Notes: generated by a model from the letters alone, not told the origin. A stretch of 64,000 nucleotides of DNA from Candidatus Eiseniibacteriota bacterium (GCA_963823555.1 CAWGMA010000001.1:2240103-2304102); one strand, 5' to 3'. Shown: positions 41,301-49,995, counted from the first letter of the stretch. Numbers and translations: made by a program.

Positions 41301-41953
41301 TCCACGCGGCCTTGCCGCTCGATGAGCACCGGCTCCTGGGCGATCAGCGACTGACGCAGGCGATGGAACTTCGAGCCATAGAGGAGCTGGCCGAAGACCT
41401 TGGGAATCTGCTGGCGCACGATCCCCGGCCCGTTGTCCTCGACGGCAACACGGTAGCGCGTGTCGGAGAGCTCGTAGATCGAGATCGTGATCTCGGGCAG
41501 GATGCCCGCCTCCTCGCAGGCATCGAAGGAGTTGTCGACCGCCTCCTTGACCGTGGTGAGGAGCGCCTTGGCCGGGTTGTCGAAGCCGAGGAGGTGGCGG
41601 TTCTTGGTGAAGAACTCGGAGACCGAGATCTCGCGCTGCCCGGAGGCGAGCTCCTGGGCGGTGCGGCGGCGCGGGGCGGCGCCTTCCGACCTGCCCTTGG
41701 CGCGGGCTCTGGCCGGGGCGGGCGGCGATGCGGCGGGCGTGGGTTCCGCCGGGACGGGTTCGCCTGCCCGCGGTCGAGGTTTCGATCGCGGCTTCGGCGC
41801 CGATTTTGCACGAGGGGCTGATGCCGGTCGCGAGCGCGGCTTCGGCTTCACCGCCTGGGGCTCGGCCTCGACGAGAAGGAGCTGCGTGGCGGTGGATGGG
41901 CCGGTCTGGGATCGCCCCGGTTTGCTGGCGCGCTTGCGCGGCGCTCTAACCAT
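38378..41953 (-). CDS. top6B: DNA topoisomerase VI subunit B, intein-containing, with frameshifts near the 3' end
   Basis: REISVSEFF.KNRHLLGF, KEAVDNSFDACEE, EDNGPG, LYGSKFH, SRGQQGIGISA, RFANRVPL, VPFTSESKEAI. Confidence 0.93.
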   Translation of the reverse strand: MVRAPRKRASKPGRSQTGPSTATQLLLVEAEPQAVKPKPRSRPASAPRAKSAPKPRSKPRPRAGEPVPAEPTPAASPPAPARARAKGRSEGAAPRRRTAQELASGQREISVSEFFTKNRHLLGFDNPAKALLTTVKEAVDNSFDACEEAGILPEITISIYELSDTRYRVAVEDNGPGIVRQQIPKVFGQLLYGSKFHRLRQSLIAQEPVLIERQGRVERIPIGRLVDGVLGDGDEVRDVTDLGWRVPAFDPATWKYDWRPVSHVIRHRRENEILEIRTECGKRVRVTGCHSLFTFASAAHEVRAVAARSLEPDDCIIAPRRLAEPAGVETICLLSEVQAEDLAGRAVFVYGLPLALLRSLREGARAIHKKSANRSRRYLRLAAASGGHVDVLDDSWRQYESQGFLPARLVKRLGLETEATGVLRTYRHGVPCEMPSAWPLTPALMRFLGLYVAEGHSDRRQIAFTFGSGETELVDDVMRTARFLGLSASIEERPRHAVRVKVFGGIVDRLMPAWCGRGARSKRVPWFVFHASHELRQCFLDGLYRGDGHRVKGRDVLMFGSASRELIADVEALWLLQGVVASRSGPYRQRGLGREPSTSWRLDVHGSDIATASALERRSRRRAWNRYRMFPVEKFGMAGAGAGSRVTPEVGPLLRAAGLGLGSAGGAKSVALIEGFEEGHAYDTASLSSLAQARVTRHLANHLVSQGYLEAVGQDYVATHKAEELRNEIDVIKSFAESDLCLLRVREIREVTGDHPFVYDLSVPGCENFVAGEGFLACHNSRGQQGIGISAAGMYGQLTTGKPISITSRTGANRPAHHFQIQIDTRKNLPVIARDEEVAWECEHGTRVELEIEATYKKGRRSVDGYIEMTALANPHATIVYHSPKGEVMRFERATTELPREPKEIKPHPHGVELGILMKMLKDTRARNVHSFLTGEFSRVSAKAADEILGHARLAPTTSPARVHRDAAEALFKAIGAVKMMAPPTNCLSPIGDEALSAGLEQQGAADFVTAVTRPPAVYRGNPFQVEVGIAYGGERPADELAELVRFANRVPLLYQQSACAITRGVLTTSWRSYGIQQSKGALPSAPMLIMVHIASAWVPFTSESKEAIAQLPGDPEGDQARPPGVRPAARRLHPQGEPSSREAALKRSYIEKYIPHIGIALREILSLSEREETKVVDKLKDTLERSRTPL
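39614..41350 (-). mobile_element. Intein (579 codons) with a LAGLIDADG homing endonuclease, inside top6B
   Basis: Splits KFHRLRQ/SRGQQG. Starts SLIAQEP; block B VRVTGCHSLF; FLGLYVAEG and FLDGLYRGDG; ends VYDLSVPGCENFVAGEGFLACHN followed by Ser. Confidence 0.93.
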
Positions 41954-43470
41954 CTGCTGGATCCTCGTCGGAAAACTGGAGGTGATCTCCGGGGCACGTG
42001 GAAGGACTCGGGGATCCTAGCCAACAGGCGTGCGAGTCGCAACATGCGGAATCGTCCGGGCCTTCGGAAAGCCCGGATGATCGCTGCCGGTGGCCGGTCC
42101 ATGTTTCCGCGGAAACAAGGGAGAGTGCCAAGGTGAATGTTTCCGCTGAAACAAGGTCGGCCGATGTTTCCGCTGAAACATCGTAGCTCGCCCGCCGCTC
42201 GCGCGCCTGCCACGGCGCGCGGTGGCGCGCCCGGTAGTAGGTCGAGCGCAGCTCCTCGGGATCCCCGCCCGAGGTCACCGCTGCTTCGATGACCTCGAGT
42301 TCGTCGTCATTCCTCTCGATCTCGTTCTCGGCACCGGCCAGCCACTCCCAGAGCTCATGATTCTCGATCACCCCACCTTCTCCCAGCACCCATCTCTCCC
42401 CACGCACCGAGACGAACCGGAGCTCGCCGTCCTCCCGCTCGCAGCGCAACAACCCCGCGTGCACCAGCTGATGGTGGAACCGGCAGAGGTAGACGAGATT
42501 CGAGCGCACATGGCGCCCGCCCTCCCACACCGGCACGAGATGATGGAGGTCGAGCCACAGCCGCCGCCGGCAGCCCGGGACCCGGCAGCGATGCCCATCG
42601 CGGAGCGCCACCGCCCGCCGCGTCACCTCGGGCACCGTGCGCGTGCGACGGCTCGCCGCGAGCCCCTCCTTCCCCTCCCTGACCACCCGGAGCGCACAGT
42701 CGCAGAGGAGCCGCTCGACGACCTCCCGCGGTAACGGCGCCTCCCCCGCGGCGTCATCGGTCTCGACCCAGCTCCCGCCATCCTCGCCCACGTGCACCAC
42801 CACCTCGTAGCGCTCCGCCGTCCGGACCTCCCCCACCTCCCCCGAGAGCGAGTCCGCCGCCAGGTAGACGAGCGCCTCCGACCCCGAGAGGCTCCCGCCA
42901 GCCTCACGCCGGATCCGCTCCAGCGCCCGCATCACCACCATCATCTCCTCCGCCGGGAGATCCACCACCATCCGCGTCGTGTGCGCGTTGACCGCCCGCG
43001 TGAGGAGCCGCCTCCGCACCGGCTCCCCCCGCGTCGCCCGCGCCGCCATCACCTCGAGCTCCTCCGCCGTCCGCTCCCGCGCCGCACGGAGCCACTCCCC
43101 CTCGGTCTCCGCCGTCGCCACCCGCGTCACCGCCCGCACCTTGGAGTAGGAGAGCTCGCCGCGCCTGAGCGCGCGCCTCGAGCGCCGGCAACGACTCGAG
43201 CGCGAACGCGACCCGGATCCGCTCCCGGGCCGCGACCCCGGTGATGCCGCAGACGAGCTCGAGGTAATGGGCGAGGGTGGTGCACCCGAAGTGCTCGTGG
43301 CCCTCACAGGCATCCATCTCCCGGATGAGGACCAGGAGCCGCCACGTGTTCCAGCTCGCGACCCGGGCCTGGCGGAGGAACTCCGTGTGCAGGGTCTCCG
43401 CTGTCAGATTGGTGGGAGGAAGCGTGGGCGCGACACGATCAGGCACAACCACGGGAACGGAGGTCGACAT
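41946..43470 (-). CDS. DUF222-domain HNH endonuclease (frameshift near 43170)
   Basis: N-part LAHYLELVCGI..ARERIRVA..LPAL joins GELSYSKVRAVTRVAT. C-terminal RDGHRCRVPGC..HHLVPVWEGG..NLVYLCRFHHQLVH. Confidence 0.85.
42102..42180. repeat. Three parS-like palindromes TGTTTCCGC(G/T)GAAACA
   Basis: 42102-42117 is a perfect palindrome; further copies at 42138-42153 and 42165-42180. Confidence 0.85.
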
Positions 43471-43633
43471 GGCGATGCTCCTTCCGGGGGTCTTGCTGAA
43501 TTGTCGCGGGGAGGGAAACTCGCAATCAGACTAACGATGTCGCCATCGCTAATCAAGCACTTTCTGCACCTACAAGCACATTTCTGCGGGCAGGGACCGG
43601 ATCACGGAGCGCACAACATCGCGCCCGCTCATC

Positions 43634-43760
43634 ACTTCGTCAACCGCACTTCGCGAAACTGGACTTTCGCCAACCGCACTTCGCGAAACTCACGCAATCA
43701 CGAACCGCACTTCGCAAAGCCGACTTCGCGAATCTCGCGCAATCACGAACCGCACTCCGC
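43634..43760. repeat. Degenerate periodic repeat array (core AACCGCACTTCGC)
   Basis: CAACCGCACTTCGCGAAACT is identical at 43641-43660 and 43671-43690; the core recurs at 43703 and at 43748 (one mismatch). Confidence 0.8.
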
Positions 43761-43791
43761 GAGACGGGACAACACGCCTGGAGGCGACTCC

Positions 43792-43809
43792 ATGTTTCCG
43801 CGGAAACAT
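43792..43809. repeat. Fourth palindrome ATGTTTCCGCGGAAACAT
   Basis: Perfect 18-bp palindrome in non-coding DNA, with the same core as 42102-42117. Confidence 0.85.
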
Positions 43810-43892
43810 CTGAGATGCCGGCGAGCGGGGGGGGAGCAGCGGGCGTCGCGACCGCAGCGATCGGGCGACCGCAGCAATCGGGCCCGGCCCAG

Positions 43893-44780
43893 TTACGGCG
43901 CAACCGTGAACTGAACGACGTCCGATTCGACGCTGACGCCCGAATCGAGAACCGTGGTCACCCACAGCGCATAGATCTCGCCGGGGCGTATCGCCGCGGT
44001 CCGGGGAAGGCGAATCCAGGGCTCCTCCGCCTGCCCGGTCCAGACCAGGTCCCCGCTGGCGTCCAGGACCTTGACGACATAGGTGCCGGCACCGGACAGG
44101 GGCTCCCATGACAGGATCCCGTTCACGACCACTTCTCCGGGCTCGGCCGGAACCGTGATCGTGATCGCACCCTCCACCCCGCCGCGGATCGCGGAAGGTT
44201 CGATGCGCAGCTCGGGAATCTGGACGAGGACCATCAGCACCACGGCCACCGCGGCCGCGAGCGGGAAAGCCGACGCCCGGAGCGATTCGATGAAGCGCGA
44301 GAACGCGCCAGCCTCGGCCGGAGCCTGGCGTGGAGCACGCGCCGCCGCCGGCTCCCGCGCTGCCGCCGGCTCCGGAGCCTCGACCATCGCGTGGGCCCGT
44401 GCGAGCGCCCAGTCGGGAGTATCGACGTCGGCCTCGTCGCCCAGCTCGGCCAGCTCGCGCCCCAGCGCAGCCAGCTGAGCGATGCAATGGCCGCAGTCAG
44501 CAAGATGCTCTTCGAGGACGACGCGCTCGCCTGCCGCCATCAGGCCCTCGGCATAGGTGACGAGGACATGTGGCAAGGGGCAGGCAGCACCCGCGCGCGA
44601 AAAGCTGAACCGCGCTAGCGTGTCACGCAGCTCGTCGAACTCGCGAGCGAGAGCCCGGCAACGCGGACAGGCGGCGAGGTGCTCCCTTGTCGCCGCCGAC
44701 TCCGCGACCGTCAGCGCACCGTCCTCGAGGCGGAGGAGGGTTGCTCGATCGATGCAATCATGCCTTGAGGACGTGCTCAT
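43893..44780 (-). CDS. Membrane-anchored anti-sigma factor with two zf-HC2 (HxxxCxxC) domains
   Basis: EHLAACPRC and EHLADCGHC, TM segment PLAAAVAVVLMVLV, beta-rich extracytoplasmic domain. Confidence 0.85.
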   Translation of the reverse strand: MSTSSRHDCIDRATLLRLEDGALTVAESAATREHLAACPRCRALAREFDELRDTLARFSFSRAGAACPLPHVLVTYAEGLMAAGERVVLEEHLADCGHCIAQLAALGRELAELGDEADVDTPDWALARAHAMVEAPEPAAAREPAAARAPRQAPAEAGAFSRFIESLRASAFPLAAAVAVVLMVLVQIPELRIEPSAIRGGVEGAITITVPAEPGEVVVNGILSWEPLSGAGTYVVKVLDASGDLVWTGQAEEPWIRLPRTAAIRPGEIYALWVTTVLDSGVSVESDVVQFTVAP

Positions 44781-44872
44781 CTCATTTCCTGTGGGGATCC
44801 ACCCATAGGAGACGGAAAACCAGCGCCCGGTTTCCGATCCTCATGCCGCTCCCGGCGACTTCGCTTAACTCT

Positions 44873-45760
44873 TTATTTGGCAATAGGATCGTCCCCAAAA
44901 CCGGCGCTGTCCGCAAGCTCCCCGGGATCGCCATCGCGCAGCACCCGGTCAATGCCCATGGCCTTGGCACGACGCCGCAAGTCGATGCAAACACGCTCGA
45001 TACGGCGATATATCGCCATCGGGTCCGGAGAGCCGATGGCGCTCGCGATCTGCTTGGCCGTGAGTCCCTCGAAGAAGCGCAGGCGAACCAGCAGGCGATC
45101 CTCGGCCTCGAGGTCCTGGATCAGCCGCCAGAGCGCCTCACGTCTCTCGGCGAGGGCGGCGTCATCCTCCGGAGTGCTCACCTCGACCTCGGCCCGCGCC
45201 TCGAGCGGCGGCCCCTCCTCATCCATGTCGAGGGATAGCGGTCCGCGCGCTCGCTCGATGTCGCGCCGGATCTTGGCGCGGTTGATCGCCGTGAGCTTCC
45301 CCTCCACATCGGCCAGACGCTGGATGAAGCGCTCGTAGCGAAGATCTGGAAGCTCGCTCTTGAGAATGTGGAAGGCCTCATGCGCCGAGTAGCCTTCCCA
45401 GTGCACGAGCTTGAACGCACGCTGCTCGAGGGCACCGAGCTTCTGGATCTCCTTGGGCAAGGACTTGCGGCCGTGCTCATGACGGAACCAGTCGAAGTAG
45501 AGGTTTCGCACGACCAGCTTGAGCCATGTCGCAAAGCTGCAGGGGCGCGGTCCGGCGGCCTCGTTGTAGTGACGCAAGCGACGGAAATCCTGCGCCTTGA
45601 GTTCCTCGAGCACGTACAGGTAGGCGTCCATGCGCGTATCGAAATCGCGCGTGTAGCGAGCGATGACACTGAGAATGAGATCGGAATAGTCGTCGACCAG
45701 GCGGTCCCAGGCCGCCTTCGGGTCACGATCGAGGAGTGCGATGAGGGATGGACCGTCCAT
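44873..45760 (-). CDS. ECF-type sigma-70 factor with an inserted middle segment
   Basis: AWDRLVDDYSDLI, SFATWL..VVRNLYFDWFR, region 4 LVRLRFFEGLTAKQIA. In-frame ATG at 45760. Confidence 0.85.
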   Translation of the reverse strand: MDGPSLIALLDRDPKAAWDRLVDDYSDLILSVIARYTRDFDTRMDAYLYVLEELKAQDFRRLRHYNEAAGPRPCSFATWLKLVVRNLYFDWFRHEHGRKSLPKEIQKLGALEQRAFKLVHWEGYSAHEAFHILKSELPDLRYERFIQRLADVEGKLTAINRAKIRRDIERARGPLSLDMDEEGPPLEARAEVEVSTPEDDAALAERREALWRLIQDLEAEDRLLVRLRFFEGLTAKQIASAIGSPDPMAIYRRIERVCIDLRRRAKAMGIDRVLRDGDPGELADSAGFGDDPIAK

Positions 45761-45854
45761 GGTCTGGGAAGGGCCAGGATGACCCGGCGGTGACAGTAAT
45801 CGATCCTCGGCAAGATGGCCAACCCCCCGCGTGGGGAGGCGACTTGCGGGCGCC

Positions 45855-45912
45855 CCGGCCACCGGGCGGCCGGCCACCAGGGCGCCCCGGCCACCCCGGG
45901 GGCCCGGCCACC
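45855..45912. repeat. Four direct repeats of CCGGCCACC upstream of the ECF gene
   Basis: Copies start at 45855, 45870, 45887 and 45904. Confidence 0.6.
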
Positions 45913-46248
45913 CCCGGGGGGGCCCGCCCCCCGAGCCCAAAAACACGCGACCCTCCGCCCTCCGTCATCTTATCCAAATGTCAGGAGGGAGGTTGGACCA
46001 ACAGGCGGGCGCCGCGACGGGCGGCTGTCTGGCTCGAGGTCCCCGGTCCAGGGGGCAGGCCCCGGGCAGGCCCCGGTCGGGCCCTCGAGCTGGCTTTTGA
46101 GCGGGCCCTTTTTGATTCTGCCGATCATTGATATGGTTATAGGTGACAGGTAGGCGGGGGGCGCCCCCAGCCAGCCGCCGGTCCCCCTCCATCAGGTCGC
46201 GATTCGTCCTGGCGCTCGCCCCAAGGCGGCGAGCGCGGAGACCGAGCG

Positions 46249-49200
46249 ATGATGATGCGCGGGACTTGGGCCATCCTCTTGACGGCCCTCCTCATCTCGG
46301 GGCTCCCGGCCCCGACCGCGGCGGCGCCGGACCCGCTCGTCCAGGCCCAGACAGCCTGGCGGGTCGGGAGCTACGCGCGCGCCTACGAGCTGGCCCAGAG
46401 CGGGCTCGATGCCGCCGGCCCCCGCACCTTCGCCACCTACCGCTTCCATGTCGACATGGCCCGTGACGCCGGGCGCACGGCCGACGCCAAGGTCCTGCTC
46501 CGCGACCGCGCGCGGCGGCGCGACCACGATGCCGGGGCCGCGGAGTGCGCGCTCGGGTGGATCCTGGTCGGCGAGAACGATTTTCGCGGAGCCATCCCGC
46601 GCTTCGAGCGCGCCATCCAGCTCGCACCCGATGAGCTGGCGCCCTTCCTGGGCCTTGCCGAGGCCCACCTCGCGCTCGACGATCGCAACCTGTCCTGGCT
46701 CGATCAGCTCCGCAACCGGCTCGGCTATCACTGGCCGGAGATCACGGCGCGGGCGTACGTGCTCGACAAGACCGCGCGCTCCCGCGAGGCGCTCTCGCTC
46801 TACGAGGAAGCCGCGCGCGCCGCGCCCAACGAGGCCGAGATCCCGTATCTCCTCGCCATCGCCCAGTCGCGGCTGGGACGGTTCGGCGACGCCGAGCAGA
46901 ACCTCGACCGCGCGAGCCGCATCGTGCGGTCGCGCCCTGATCCCGGTCCACTCTCCGCCCGGCACGAAGCCGCGATCCTCATCGAGCGGGCACGCATGGC
47001 ATCGCAAACGGCGGACTTCACCCGCGCCCTCGACGCCACCCGGCGCGCCCAGGCCGAGGCCGCGCGCGCCGCCACGACCGAGCTTCTCGCTCGCGCCCTC
47101 GTCATCGAGGGTCGCGCCCGGAGCGCCGGCGCCGATCTCGGGGCGGCAAGGGAGCCCATTCTCGAGGGGCTCCGCCTCGCGCGGCGGATCGCGGACGAGC
47201 AGATCGAACGCGAGGCGCTGGGCGCTCTCGCCGCGCTCGAGATCGAGCTCTTCGAGACCCGCAGCGCCTCGGATCGCCTGAAGACCGCGCTCGCGCTCTC
47301 GGCGGAGACCGGCGATGCGCGCGGCCTCGAGAGCACCTTCGCGCTCCTCGGTCTCACCGCCGTGGCGCGCGGCGAGTACCTCGAGGCCATGACCTACTTC
47401 AACGAGGCGGCCACACGAGCCGGCGAATCGGGCAACGTCATCGTGCAGCAGATGGCGATCGAGGGCGCCGGGCGCGCCAAGCTCCTCCTCTCCGATCACT
47501 GGCAGTCGCTCGAGCTCGCCACGGCGGCGCTGGCGCTGGCCGATGAGATCGATTACAAGGCCGGCGCCTGCCAGGCGCATCTGACCGCGGGCCGCGCCGC
47601 CTTCCAGCTCGGGCTCTTCGATCGCGCGCAGGGGCACTTCGGGCGCGCCGCCGAGATCGCCGAACGACACGAGCTCATGCGCCAGCGGGGCCGCGCCTTC
47701 CTCGATCTCGGTCGCGTCGCCGCCGCCCTCGGCGAGGTCGATCTCGCCCAGTCCTGGTTCCGCGAATCGCTGGCCATCGCCGAGCGCGCCCACGACCCGG
47801 CGTTGCAGACCGATGGTCTCTCGGCCCTCGGCGACGGCTTCCTCGAGCTCGGCGCGTACGACGCGGCGCTCCAGCAGTACGAGCGGGCCATGACGCGAGC
47901 CACCGAGAGCGGTTACCTCGAAGGACGGCTCGCCAACCTGACGCGCGCCGCCGAGGTCCTCCACCAGCTCGGCGACACGCGGCGGTCGGTGGCGCTCTTC
48001 CGCGAGGGACTCAGGCTCTCCAAGGGTCTCCGCAATCGCGTTTCCCAGGCCGCCACCTACGCCAACCTCGGTGAGAGCTACGCCGGGCTCGGCGACTTCC
48101 AGAAGTCGCTGAGCTATCTGAGCCGCGCCCTCCAGCTCAACCGCGAGACCGGGAGCATCGTCGGCGAGGGCGATTGCCTGCTCTCCATCTGCCGCGCGTA
48201 CAACGTGGCGGGGAACCACACCGTGGCGGTCGACCGCTGCGGCGAGGCCCTGACCTTCGCCGAGCAGCACGGCAACGAATCGCAACGCGCGCGCGCCTCG
48301 ATCGAGATCGGGACCGCGTACGCCGGCCTCGGTGACCCCGATCGCGCCGAGCCCTACTTCCGCTCGAGCCACGCCCTCGCCAAGTCGCTCGACCGGCCGA
48401 ACATCGAGTGGCCGGCCGCGGCCGGCATGGCGCGCGTGCTCGCCGCGCAGGGCAAGAACGAGCCGGCGATCCAGATGGGACGCGAGGCCGTCGACACGCT
48501 CGAACGCCTGCGCAGCGACCTCTCGCTCCCCGAGATGCGAGCGGGTTTCCTCGAGGACAAGCTCGAGCCCTACGAGCAGCTCGTCTTGCTCCTGGTACGC
48601 CAGGGACAGGTGGCCGAGGCCTTCCGCACCATGGAGTTCTCGCGCTCGCGCACGCTCCTCGAGCTCCTCACCGATGAGCCTTCAGGCAGCGATCCGCGGC
48701 TCGTCGCGCTCCGCCGGAAGAACCAGGTCATCCGCCGCGACATCCTGCGGGGGACCGAGGATCTGGCCGCGCTCCCGGCCTCGGCCGACCGCGATTCGGC
48801 GACCACCGCGGTTCTCCGCAAGATGCACCAGCTGAGGACCGAGCACGCCGCACTGCAGGCGGAGATCGAGCGCCGGTTCCCGGGGGCCGGTCCAGCCGAG
48901 GCCGAACCGGCGACACTCGATCAGGTGCAGGCCATGCTCGAGCCGGGCCGCGCCCTCATCGAGTACTACGTCACGGCGAAGGAGCTCGTGATCTTCCTCA
49001 TCACCCATGACGGGGTGAGGGCGGTGACCCGCCCCGAGACCGAGGTTCAGCTCGCGGCGCGCGCCCGGCTCCTCCATGCCGCCATGAGCAACGAGCCGGG
49101 CGGGGCGGCTCAAGGCAGCTGGCAGCCGCCGGCGGCCGCGCTCGCCGAGGCGCTGCTCGAGCCGGTGCGGCGGGATCCGTTGCTCGCCGGGAAGCGCGAT

Positions 49201-49995
49201 CTCGTCATCGTGCCGCACAAGTTCCTGCATCAGGTTCCGTTCCAGGCGCTCGTCACCGGCGAGGCGAACGGGCGGCCGCGCTATCTGATCGAGGAGTACC
49301 TCGTGTCCTACGCGCCGTCGGCTTCGGTCCTGAAGCACTGTCTCGACCGCGACCGCGGCCGCAAGCAGAAGCTCCTCGCGCTCGCCAATCCCATCCCCCG
49401 CGACATGACCGGCCAGGAGCTGCCATACGCCGCCGAGGAGGTGCAATCGCTCAAGCGGCGGTTCGGCGACAAGGCCGTGGTCCGGATCGGCAACGAGGCC
49501 ACCGAGACCCGCGTCAAGAAGGAGGCCGGCGACTACGACCTCCTCCACTTCGCAACCCACTATGAGATCGACCAGAGCGATCCCTTGCATTCCGCGCTCG
49601 ATCTCGCCCCGAGCCCCGAGGACGACGGCCGGCTCGAGGTGTGCGAGGTCATGGACCTCGGGCTGGGCGCAGATCTCGTCGTCCTCTCCGGATGCTCGAC
49701 CGCCGTCGGCTCCGGCGCGGTGGACACGCAGCCGGCGAGCGATGACTGGTTCGGACTCACGCGCGCCTTCCTGCGCGCCGGCACGCCGAGCGTGCTCGCG
49801 ACCCTGTGGCCGGTCAACGACCGCTCCACCTCGCGCTTCATGGAACGCTTCTACGAGCTGCTGCCCACGACCGGCAAGTCGCGAGCGCTCGCCCTCACCC
49901 AGCGCGAGATGCTCGCCGGCTCGCTCCCCGGCGCGGCCGAGTGCTCGGCTCCCTACTTCTGGGCGCCCTTCGTCCTCATCGGCTCCCACGAATAG
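46249..49995 (+). CDS. Exported TPR-repeat CHAT-domain (caspase-like) protease
   Basis: Signal peptide, long TPR array, SRSRTLLE, IVPH..LHQVPFQAL, LLHFATH, LVVLSGC, ATLWPVND, PYFWAPF. Confidence 0.92.
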   Translation: MMMRGTWAILLTALLISGLPAPTAAAPDPLVQAQTAWRVGSYARAYELAQSGLDAAGPRTFATYRFHVDMARDAGRTADAKVLLRDRARRRDHDAGAAECALGWILVGENDFRGAIPRFERAIQLAPDELAPFLGLAEAHLALDDRNLSWLDQLRNRLGYHWPEITARAYVLDKTARSREALSLYEEAARAAPNEAEIPYLLAIAQSRLGRFGDAEQNLDRASRIVRSRPDPGPLSARHEAAILIERARMASQTADFTRALDATRRAQAEAARAATTELLARALVIEGRARSAGADLGAAREPILEGLRLARRIADEQIEREALGALAALEIELFETRSASDRLKTALALSAETGDARGLESTFALLGLTAVARGEYLEAMTYFNEAATRAGESGNVIVQQMAIEGAGRAKLLLSDHWQSLELATAALALADEIDYKAGACQAHLTAGRAAFQLGLFDRAQGHFGRAAEIAERHELMRQRGRAFLDLGRVAAALGEVDLAQSWFRESLAIAERAHDPALQTDGLSALGDGFLELGAYDAALQQYERAMTRATESGYLEGRLANLTRAAEVLHQLGDTRRSVALFREGLRLSKGLRNRVSQAATYANLGESYAGLGDFQKSLSYLSRALQLNRETGSIVGEGDCLLSICRAYNVAGNHTVAVDRCGEALTFAEQHGNESQRARASIEIGTAYAGLGDPDRAEPYFRSSHALAKSLDRPNIEWPAAAGMARVLAAQGKNEPAIQMGREAVDTLERLRSDLSLPEMRAGFLEDKLEPYEQLVLLLVRQGQVAEAFRTMEFSRSRTLLELLTDEPSGSDPRLVALRRKNQVIRRDILRGTEDLAALPASADRDSATTAVLRKMHQLRTEHAALQAEIERRFPGAGPAEAEPATLDQVQAMLEPGRALIEYYVTAKELVIFLITHDGVRAVTRPETEVQLAARARLLHAAMSNEPGGAAQGSWQPPAAALAEALLEPVRRDPLLAGKRDLVIVPHKFLHQVPFQALVTGEANGRPRYLIEEYLVSYAPSASVLKHCLDRDRGRKQKLLALANPIPRDMTGQELPYAAEEVQSLKRRFGDKAVVRIGNEATETRVKKEAGDYDLLHFATHYEIDQSDPLHSALDLAPSPEDDGRLEVCEVMDLGLGADLVVLSGCSTAVGSGAVDTQPASDDWFGLTRAFLRAGTPSVLATLWPVNDRSTSRFMERFYELLPTTGKSRALALTQREMLAGSLPGAAECSAPYFWAPFVLIGSHE

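Noticed and set aside
43634..43760. CRISPR array
   Set aside because: The repeats are degenerate and only 10-30 bp apart, with no unique spacers of CRISPR length and no cas genes in the window.
42102..43809. Canonical chromosomal parS sites
   Set aside because: The centre is CGCG/CGCT rather than ACGT, and no parAB, dnaA or origin features are in the window. Kept only as parS-like.
46249..49995. Type III-E CRISPR Craspase locus
   Set aside because: There is no Cas7-11 or array, and the CHAT protein has a signal peptide.
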